Of a DNA stretch of 26,195 nt, positions 17,491 through 23,436 are shown one piece after another. The DNA is from Nitrosopumilaceae archaeon (GTDB lineage: Archaea > Thermoproteota > Nitrososphaeria > Nitrososphaerales > Nitrosopumilaceae), in NCBI GenBank assembly GCA_037386265.1, contig JARRMG010000011.1, forward strand, positions 1 to 26,195, given 5' to 3'. The first letter of the stretch is position 1, and each line of letters begins with the position of its first letter. The notes beneath the pieces were generated by a model. It made no database searches. It was not told where the DNA came from and saw only the letters and a list, made by a program, of their open reading frames with translations. Both the position numbers and the translations under genes were made by a program.

Positions 17491-17600
17491 ATGCAGAAGC
17501 AATTTTAGAGATTTGAGGCTATTCTGTCCAAAAGTACATGAAACATGGACAGACTGAATTAGGAACCTTTTTTCTCAAGATGCACAGCATGCTTCTGCAT
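17491..17600 (-). ncRNA. Candidate structured RNA A (110 nt) closed by ATGCAGAAGCA/TGCTTCTGCAT; contains a 13-aa micro-ORF
   Basis: 11-bp terminal inverted repeat (17491-17501 / 17590-17600), inner TTGAG/CTCAA and TCTGTCCA/TGGACAGA (17523-17530 / 17546-17553) stems. Starts 21 nt after the TATA of module 3. Micro-ORF MQKHAVHLEKKGS at 17559-17600. Confidence 0.55.
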
Positions 17601-17621
17601 AGATAACCATTAATTTTTTTA

Positions 17622-17648
17622 TATTTAGATAATGCTTAACTTTGTTAT
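17622..17648 (-). promoter_or_regulatory. Operator-TATA module 3
   Basis: TTAACTTTGTTAT at 17636-17648, 8-bp spacer, TAAATA (minus) at 17622-17627. Confidence 0.7.
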
Positions 17649-17675
17649 GTTAGGAGTTTTTCGATTTAACCCAAA

Positions 17676-17840
17676 TTAACTTTCTCGTTTAGGTTTTGAA
17701 TGAGCCTTTATCATGTGTTTTTTTGTTCTTTCAGGATCGGCAAATTCCATTTTACATATTTTGCATTCGTTAGTGAATTTTTGATCTCGTTTGAAAATAT
17801 TTTTTACCAGACTTTTTGTAGATGATATTTTTTGTTTCAT
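17676..17840 (-). CDS. 54-aa C2H2 zinc-finger protein (not in ORF track)
   Basis: Manual translation MKQKISSTKSLVKNIFKRDQKFTNECKICKMEFADPERTKKHMIKAHSKPKRES*, with C-x2-C-x3-F-x8-H-x4-H. Confidence 0.8.
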   Translation of the reverse strand: MKQKISSTKSLVKNIFKRDQKFTNECKICKMEFADPERTKKHMIKAHSKPKRES

Positions 17841-17861
17841 ATACTAGCAGCAAATCTTTGA

Positions 17862-17888
17862 TTATAAGGTATTGCTTAACAATGTTAA
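17862..17888 (-). promoter_or_regulatory. Operator-TATA module 4
   Basis: TTAACAATGTTAA at 17876-17888, 8-bp spacer, TTATAA at 17862-17867; 21 nt to the ATG at 17840. Confidence 0.75.
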
Positions 17889-17944
17889 TCATCTAAAAAT
17901 CTACATTCATAATAGTTAAAGAAGCATCACAATAAGTACCTTTA

Positions 17945-18280
17945 TTGGCTGATTTTAGAAAATATAGGGATAGAATATACATTGTAAAGGACATTATCCT
18001 TACTCTTTCAGAATATGGCCAGCTTAACCAAACTTCCCTTTTTAGTTTTTGTGGATTGAACATATCAAAACATAAAGGAATTTTAGATAATCTTGAAGAA
18101 AATGAGATGATCCAGAGTGAGGAAGTTTTGGAAGGAAAACGAAAGATAACATTATTCAGGGCAACTCAAAAGGGAAAGGATTTTTGCAATCAGATAATAG
18201 AACCTTATGAAAAATTGTTTCCAAGAAAAGAAAAATCCTCAGATTCTTCACATAACTTAAAATTTCTACTAATCATCTAG
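17945..18280 (+). CDS. Winged-helix DNA-binding protein
   Basis: YRDRIYIVKDII..L...GQLNQTSLFSFCGLN...ILDNLEENEMI...FRATQKGKDF is an archaeal wHTH pattern. Confidence 0.8.
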   Translation: MADFRKYRDRIYIVKDIILTLSEYGQLNQTSLFSFCGLNISKHKGILDNLEENEMIQSEEVLEGKRKITLFRATQKGKDFCNQIIEPYEKLFPRKEKSSDSSHNLKFLLII

Positions 18281-18637
18281 ATGGAATTTCTTAGCGATGG
18301 CTTCATCAAGACTATCTCTTTTCTCTAAATAATCACAATATCTTTTATTCCATGAGTTTAGGGACTGGAATTGTCTCAAGCCTGCCACCAGCCAAATTCC
18401 AGAGGTAATTATGACCATTGTCAAAAGAATAATCAGCATAAAACCAAATTCATTTTCATTTTCAATTAAAAGTAAAAATTTGGGATGTGTAATCAGGTAG
18501 GAAGAAATTCCAATTGCAAATGGAGCTAATATGAGGGCCGACAAGGAAACGCCCAACATTATACCTTTAATGTGTTGGATTTTTTCAATGAAACTATCCA
18601 TAGAACTGAGAATATCATTGGATTCTTGTTCAGGCAT
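18269..18637 (-). CDS. Two-TM membrane protein
   Basis: 122 aa with two hydrophobic helices and a charged C-terminal helix. Confidence 0.7.
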   Translation of the reverse strand: MPEQESNDILSSMDSFIEKIQHIKGIMLGVSLSALILAPFAIGISSYLITHPKFLLLIENENEFGFMLIILLTMVIITSGIWLVAGLRQFQSLNSWNKRYCDYLEKRDSLDEAIAKKFHLDD

Positions 18638-18750
18638 ACCTAATCCTTTTTAGTAGAGGTATAAAATCAGTTCTTTTCGAGTCTGAATAATCTAGTGAAA
18701 ATTTGAATTTCTGTATTCTTTGCATTCTGCATAGATTTCTGGGGTTCAGG

Positions 18751-18791
18751 TATTTACTTGATGCTTAACAATGTTAATTCAATCTTTTTAG
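18751..18791. promoter_or_regulatory. Operator-TATA module 5 (apparently bidirectional)
   Basis: TTAACAATGTTAA at 18765-18777. Minus side: 8 bp to TAAATA (18751-18756), then ATGCAGAATGCA at 18732. Plus side: 8 bp to a weaker TTTTAG (18786-18791), then 21 nt to the ATG at 18813. Confidence 0.65.
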
Positions 18792-18812
18792 TGTCAAAAT
18801 GGATTATTGATT

Positions 18813-18917
18813 ATGAGTAAGAAAGAAAAAGAAGAGGAAGAAGATCTTGCCGCTAAAAAGAATGATGATTGGTGGCGTTTGGAAAAATCTCAAATAGGTA
18901 GGAGAAAATTCGCTTAA
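18813..18917 (+). CDS. 34-aa charged microprotein (not in ORF track)
   Basis: MSKKEKEEEEDLAAKKNDDWWRLEKSQIGRRKFA*. Contains an AGGAG SD-like site for the next gene, which starts 1 nt after its stop. Confidence 0.6.
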   Translation: MSKKEKEEEEDLAAKKNDDWWRLEKSQIGRRKFA

Positions 18918-18918
18918 A

Positions 18919-19116
18919 ATGGGCTATAATTGCCATGGAGTATGTGAATTTTACAAAACTACTAGAATACCCACCTCAAAAAAATATCAAAGTGGTCAAA
19001 AAAGATGTTCACTATGTGATGTTTTTCTTGCAACTTTGAATCTCAGATGTCCATGCTGCAATTCAAAACTGAGATCAAAATCAAGAAAAAATAAAAGAGA
19101 TTTATTCTATTATTGA
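18919..19116 (+). CDS. 65-aa Cys-rich zinc-binding protein
   Basis: CHGVC...CSLC...CPCC followed by a basic tail (LRSKSRKNKR). Confidence 0.75.
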   Translation: MGYNCHGVCEFYKTTRIPTSKKYQSGQKRCSLCDVFLATLNLRCPCCNSKLRSKSRKNKRDLFYY

Positions 19117-19124
19117 GTCTCAAG

Positions 19125-19151
19125 TTAACAATGTTAAGCATGGCCTAAATA
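19125..19151 (+). promoter_or_regulatory. Operator-TATA module 6
   Basis: TTAACAATGTTAA at 19125-19137, 8-bp spacer, TAAATA at 19146-19151; 22 nt to ATGCAGAAGCA. Confidence 0.75.
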
Positions 19152-19173
19152 TCTCAATTCCTAAAAATTTTTG

Positions 19174-19291
19174 ATGCAGAAGCAATCTACTCCAAAAGGA
19201 AAAATGAAAAGCTTGGATGTAAATTCGTCCTTTACAAGTTCTCATTATATGCCTTAGACATAACTATATTTCCTAGAATCTGCTTCTGCAT
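19174..19291 (+). ncRNA. Candidate structured RNA B (118 nt) closed by ATGCAGAAGCA/TGCTTCTGCAT; contains a 27-aa micro-ORF
   Basis: Same 11-bp terminal arms as element A (19174-19184 / 19281-19291); inner AGGAAA/TTTCCT (19197-19202 / 19269-19274), TGTAAA/TTTACA (19218-19223 / 19231-19236) and TATG/CATA stems. Micro-ORF MQKQSTPKGKMKSLDVNSSFTSSHYMP at 19174-19257. Confidence 0.55.
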
Positions 19292-19314
19292 TATTATTTA
19301 ATTAGAGAAACAAG

Positions 19315-19341
19315 TTACCATTGTTAATCATGCCCTAAATA
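19315..19341 (+). promoter_or_regulatory. Operator-TATA module 7
   Basis: TTACCATTGTTAA at 19315-19327 (1 mismatch), 8-bp spacer, TAAATA at 19336-19341. Near-duplicate of module 6 (caagttaacaatgttaagcatggcctaaata vs caagttaccattgttaatcatgccctaaata). Confidence 0.7.
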
Positions 19342-19342
19342 A

Positions 19343-19615
19343 TCGGAATCAAATATAATTTATTCAGGTAATTCACCTTCGTTAACGGTTAAAAATGGAA
19401 ATCTAGTACAAATTCACCTAATTAATGAAGAAAAAAATGAAGCCTCAACAAAGTCAAAACATAATCTCAACATTGATGAATTTAATGTGCATACCGGAGA
19501 CCTAGGATATTTCCAAACAAAATCAATAACATTTCTCGCCGATAAAAATGGTACCTTTGAATACTATTGTTCTATACACCCCGAAATGAAAGGAATTCTA
19601 ACTGTAGAACCCTAA
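19343..19615 (+). pseudogene. Cupredoxin (type-1 copper) domain lacking start codon and signal peptide
   Basis: The open frame reads ...SPSLTVKNGNLVQIHLINEEK...KHNLNIDEFNVHT...TFLADKNGTFEYYCSIHPEMKGILTVEP*, with His...Cys-x2-His-x2-Met ligands. No ATG/GTG/TTG occurs before the first His ligand. Confidence 0.75.
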
Positions 19616-19643
19616 TCTAATTTTTCATAATAGAAAAAGAAAG

Positions 19644-20138
19644 TTATTTGGAGTTCTTTTGACCCATTCTAGAGACCTCTCCACTCTTAATTTTATTAAA
19701 AGCATCAATGACTTCCTCATCAGTAGATTCAAAACTTGGTGTTTTCTTTCTTTGCTTATCCTTAGTTACAACTGAAGTGCCAATAGCCTTTGCAACTATA
19801 ATGGGTGGTTCTAGTACATTGCAGGCAGACTCTTGTGGCAGATCATTGGATGGAGAAATTATTTTGAAAGCCTCAAAAACTATTTTTCTGCTTGTATTTC
19901 CAGCACTAATGATTTTTCCAGTAACTTCTAAAAAATCTCCAGCATGAACTGGTTCAAGAAATTCTACTTTTTCATATGCCCTAAGAAGCCCTTCATCTCC
20001 ATCATATCGAATCGTCAATTCTGTTGCAACATCCCCAAAAAGCTTCATAACATGAGCACCATCAACCAATCCTCCTTCATAATGAACATCACTTTCACTA
20101 ATTCGCACACGTAATTTTACATCAGGATAAATTTCCAT
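19644..20138 (-). CDS. kal: Hotdog-fold aminoacyl-CoA ammonia-lyase (3-aminobutyryl-CoA ammonia-lyase / beta-alanyl-CoA ammonia-lyase family)
   Basis: RVRISESDVHYEGGLVDGAH...LFGDVATEL.IR.DGDEGL.RAY..VEFL.PV.AGDFLE..G.I...GNTSRK..FEA.K...DKQR closely follows Kal/Acl family motifs. Exact substrate is uncertain. Confidence 0.75.
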   Translation of the reverse strand: MEIYPDVKLRVRISESDVHYEGGLVDGAHVMKLFGDVATELTIRYDGDEGLLRAYEKVEFLEPVHAGDFLEVTGKIISAGNTSRKIVFEAFKIISPSNDLPQESACNVLEPPIIVAKAIGTSVVTKDKQRKKTPSFESTDEEVIDAFNKIKSGEVSRMGQKNSK

Positions 20139-20194
20139 AAATTTATCAAGTTTCTATTGAATATTAGATTTTTTAATTGGATGATTTTTTGTGA

Positions 20195-20506
20195 TTACCC
20201 GTAATCGATTTTCTTTATTCTAACATTACTTCCTTTGGTTTCCAAATAATGGCCAATAAAATTAGTTAATTGTTCTCCAATTTTGAAACCTAAAGCTCCT
20301 TTCATCATGCCTGATTTTTCTATTATTGCCACCATTTCTTCACTAATTTGAATATTAAAGAAGGTCCATCCAAATTTTTCAAATGGTTTTTCAATTTTGT
20401 ACCCGCCTTTTACATTGCATTCATTTTCTAATTCTTTTAATGCTTCATGAATGATTGATATTTCTTTATCATAACTTCTAGTGCTGAGTTGAAATAATGG
20501 ATTCAC
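20195..20506 (-). CDS. Conserved hypothetical protein
   Basis: 103-aa ORF (GTG start) co-oriented with the kal-like gene; no family recognised. Confidence 0.65.
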   Translation of the reverse strand: MNPLFQLSTRSYDKEISIIHEALKELENECNVKGGYKIEKPFEKFGWTFFNIQISEEMVAIIEKSGMMKGALGFKIGEQLTNFIGHYLETKGSNVRIKKIDYG

Positions 20507-20606
20507 GGTTTGTAATTTTTTAAACAGTAATTTAACCTAAAATGGTTTCTAAGATCGGGGCCTAAAATGGAAAATAGGCTTTATACCAAAATATGCTAAT
20601 TCAATC

Positions 20607-21146
20607 ATGAAAAAATCCTTGATTGTGATTGTTGGTGTATTAGTATTTGGATTTGTTTCAGCTTTTGCTTTATCTCCATATTTTACTGAGTCGTCTATTG
20701 ATGAAGAAGTACCAATGGGTGCTCTTATTCAACCAGATACAGAAGAAGAGACGATGAGTGACACTATGGAAGAAGAGACGATGAGTGACACTATGGAAGA
20801 AGAGACGATGAAAACCCATTCTATTTCTTATTCAGGAGTATTTGTAGGAGTTGGTGATGGAATTCATGATGCTCAAGGTAAAGCATACACAATACCTCTA
20901 GAAGACGGAAGGGATTTTTTAAGACTTGAAAATTTCAAATCTACTAACGGTCCAGATCTGTATGTGTATCTCTCAACAGATAAAGACGCATCTGAATTCG
21001 TCAATTTAGGAAAATTAAAAGCTAACAGTGGAAATCAAAACTATGAAATTCCAAATAAAGTGAATCTTGTAGAGTACAACCAGGTCTTAATTTGGTGCAA
21101 AGCATTTGGAGTTTTATTTGGAAGTGCAGAAATTTTTCCTCAATGA
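20607..21146 (+). CDS. Exported DM13-domain protein
   Basis: Signal anchor; G.F.GVGDGIHDAQGKA...LRLENFKSTNGPDLYVYLS...LGKLKANSGNQNYEIP...VLIWCKAFGVLFGSA is the DM13 pattern. Confidence 0.85.
   Translation: MKKSLIVIVGVLVFGFVSAFALSPYFTESSIDEEVPMGALIQPDTEEETMSDTMEEETMSDTMEEETMKTHSISYSGVFVGVGDGIHDAQGKAYTIPLEDGRDFLRLENFKSTNGPDLYVYLSTDKDASEFVNLGKLKANSGNQNYEIPNKVNLVEYNQVLIWCKAFGVLFGSAEIFPQ
20742..20811 (+). repeat. 27-bp in-frame tandem repeat (about 2.6 copies) encoding EEETMSDTM
   Basis: GAAGAAGAGACGATGAGTGACACTATG x2 followed by GAAGAAGAGACGATGA, all exact. Confidence 0.95.
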
Positions 21147-21289
21147 GAAGGTCAAAAAACCCCAAAAGGAATTTTTTATATCTTATACTAATTCTGAGCA
21201 ATCATTGATTGGAGCTTTGGTTATTTTTCCAGTTTTTTCAATTGTGCAGATAATTCCTAAGAATATATTTTCTTTTTCAGGTACAGAGA

Positions 21290-21597
21290 ATGGCCAATCC
21301 GAGGAAAATCCTAGATTCAAAATGATACTTTGGATGTTTATTGCAGGCACAAGAGGAGGTGCTAATAGGGCAAGAATACTTAGCCTAATCAAAGAAACCC
21401 CAATGAATGCCCATAAGATTGCAAAATCCTTGAATTTAGATCACAAAACAGTAGCTCATCACCTCAAGATTTTAACAAAAAACGAGTTTGTCAAAAAAGC
21501 TGAAAAAACATATGGCGCAGAATACCAGCTATCTGACATTATGAGTAAAAATCAAAATGTATTAGTGGAGATTATGGAGAAAATTGGGACAAAGTAA
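21290..21597 (+). CDS. ArsR-family wHTH regulator; probable 1-nt frameshift just after the start, or start at 21322
   Basis: ILW..IAGTRGGANRARIL..IKETPMNAHKIAK.L.LDHKTVAHHLKIL. The promoter-positioned ATG at 21290 (about 20 nt after AATATATT) is out of frame by one base: ATG GCC AAT CC GAG GAA. Confidence 0.75.
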
Positions 21598-21624
21598 TTT
21601 ATCAAATCTCAGAGGAGGAAAAAG

Positions 21625-21927
21625 ATGGTAGACTTTATGTTAGCTGCTGTAGTATCTGCATTTCTTAATATTGGTTTGCTTGGAGTAGCAATTGGAACAT
21701 ATGTTCAGAATTTGAGGGTGATTAGATCTTACTATACATCAGGTTTAGTTTTAGTTGCATTTTTGTTGATGATTCAAAACATTGTGATTGTTTTGTTTTG
21801 GTTTACTCTTTACATGGATGACAAGGCATTGATGATGTCAGCCGACATGGTAGCTCATTACTTGTTTGCAATTAATGTAATTCAGACAATCGGACTGTCT
21901 GTTCTTGTATGGATTACAAGAAGATAG
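21625..21927 (+). CDS. Three-TM membrane protein, in operon with the ArsR gene
   Basis: 100 aa with three hydrophobic helices; GAGGAGG SD-like site upstream. Confidence 0.75.
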   Translation: MVDFMLAAVVSAFLNIGLLGVAIGTYVQNLRVIRSYYTSGLVLVAFLLMIQNIVIVLFWFTLYMDDKALMMSADMVAHYLFAINVIQTIGLSVLVWITRR

Positions 21928-21992
21928 TTGAAAAAAGATTGGGGCATAAACTTGGTAAATCTTTAAGGTAAATTTTTTGAATTATTGTTTTA

Positions 21993-22727
21993 ATGAAATC
22001 AAAAAATAAAGGTATTCTTGCTTTGGCTTCAATGGTTGCGATGTTAGCTGTTGTAAGCATGACAGGAATACCAGAATCTAATGCCGCACAAGCAAAAATG
22101 TACGAGGTAACAATAACAAACCTTACACCTGGACAACCAATAACCCCTCCTCTTCTTGTCACACACTCCCATGATGTAGGAATTTTTTCAGTAGGGGAAA
22201 TGGCAAGTGTTGAACTGCAACAGTTAGCAGAAAATGGTAATCTTGATCCCCTAATCATTATGTTAGAGGAAGAAGATGGAATATTGGATATTGTTCACGG
22301 AGATGCTCCATTAGTGCCTGCAAATGACCCTGGAGAAACTGGTTTGAATTATTCTGAAACCTTTGTAGTATCTGCAGAAGGCACAACAAGATATCTCTCT
22401 TTTGCAAGTATGTTGGTGTGCACCAATGATGGTTTTGCAGGAATCGACTCTGTCAGACTTCCAATAAACCAAAAGACAGTGTATGCTATGGCATATGATG
22501 CAAGAACAGAGATGAATACTGAAGATTTTGTAGATTTGGTACCTCCTTGTCAGGATGCAATTGGAGTCTCCTCTGATGATACTGGAACAGGTACTAGTAA
22601 TCCTGCAATCGCAGAAGAAGGAGTAGTCATACCACATCCTGGAATCGTAGGGGATGAGGATCTACTTTCAAGTGTTCATGCTTGGGGCAACCCCGTAGTA
22701 AAAATCGACATCGTTCGAATGAAATAA
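21993..22727 (+). CDS. Secreted Spondin_N-domain protein
   Basis: Signal peptide; YEVTITNLTPGQPITPPLLVTH, ELQQLAENG, SFASMLVCTNDGFAG and AYDARTE.N.E. Confidence 0.85.
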   Translation: MKSKNKGILALASMVAMLAVVSMTGIPESNAAQAKMYEVTITNLTPGQPITPPLLVTHSHDVGIFSVGEMASVELQQLAENGNLDPLIIMLEEEDGILDIVHGDAPLVPANDPGETGLNYSETFVVSAEGTTRYLSFASMLVCTNDGFAGIDSVRLPINQKTVYAMAYDARTEMNTEDFVDLVPPCQDAIGVSSDDTGTGTSNPAIAEEGVVIPHPGIVGDEDLLSSVHAWGNPVVKIDIVRMK

Positions 22728-22729
22728 TC

Positions 22730-22762
22730 TCCAACGATTGTTGGAATTTTTTTATTTTTTTA
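22730..22762 (+). terminator. Hairpin plus T-tract terminator-like signal after the spondin gene
   Basis: TCCAAC-GATT-GTTGGA followed by ATTTTTTTATTTTTTT, 3 nt after the stop. Confidence 0.55.
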
Positions 22763-23342
22763 AGATAATTTTTCCAAGGTCCTCTGGTGAGTCAATTAAA
22801 AAATCAGGATTCTCGTTTGCAAGTGCTTCTTTTGTGTTATACCCCCAACTCACGGCAATAGTGTTGACTCCTGCTTTTTTTCCAGCCTCAATATCACGTA
22901 CTTCATCGCCAACAAAATAGACATTAGATTTTTCCAATTTCATATCCTGAATGATTTTAGAGATTGTCTTGTCCTTTCCGAAAATTTTCTTTGAGGTGTA
23001 AAAAAGATCAAATTGATCAAGGTTGTTTGCGTGAAGAAAATTTCTTACATTTTCTTCAATGTTAGTCAATCGATTGGGCGTCGGTGGAGATAAAAGAGCA
23101 ATGTGAGAATTTATCTCTCGCCTTGCTTTTCTTATTACAAAAGGAAGTTTGAATAAAGATATTCCAAGATGATTTAGTATCTCTCGAGGTCGCTTGCCAC
23201 GAAGGTATTCTTTATCTTCATCTCTAATCTTTCTGAATCCAAAGTCCTCAGATAGATTATTCATAATATCGATTATAGAGTCTAGAGTGTTTGCAATAGT
23301 TCCATCAAAATCAAATATCACTACAGGTCTTTGCATCGTCAA
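22752..23342 (-). CDS. HAD-family hydrolase (phosphoglycolate-phosphatase-like), possibly with an internal deletion at motif II
   Basis: Motif I VIFDFDGT, motif III/IV FGKDKTI...YFVGDEVRDIEAGKKAG and VSWGYN. The helix and beta-strand before motif II appear missing (SPPTPNRLTN). Confidence 0.8.
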   Translation of the reverse strand: MTMQRPVVIFDFDGTIANTLDSIIDIMNNLSEDFGFRKIRDEDKEYLRGKRPREILNHLGISLFKLPFVIRKARREINSHIALLSPPTPNRLTNIEENVRNFLHANNLDQFDLFYTSKKIFGKDKTISKIIQDMKLEKSNVYFVGDEVRDIEAGKKAGVNTIAVSWGYNTKEALANENPDFLIDSPEDLGKIILKK

Positions 23343-23436
23343 ATGCTTGGAATTTCAGGTGAATATATGTCAAAATAATTAAGCAGCCAAGCCTGCTACA
23401 AGTAGATTTATTTTCGATACAAAAAAAGAGCAATTA

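Noticed and set aside
17453-19137. Operator as a SurR site
   Set aside because: SurR recognises GTT-N3-AAC; this motif has the opposite arm order (AAC-N3-GTT) with extra TTA/TAA flanks.
17491-19291. Elements A and B as MITEs with 11-bp terminal inverted repeats
   Set aside because: No target-site duplications, dissimilar interiors, no transposase in the window, and both sit at a fixed distance from a promoter. Not fully excluded without a genome-wide copy search.
17453-19341. Repeated palindromes as a degenerate CRISPR array
   Set aside because: Spacing is irregular (about 180-890 bp), orientation is mixed, genes lie between copies, and no cas genes are present.
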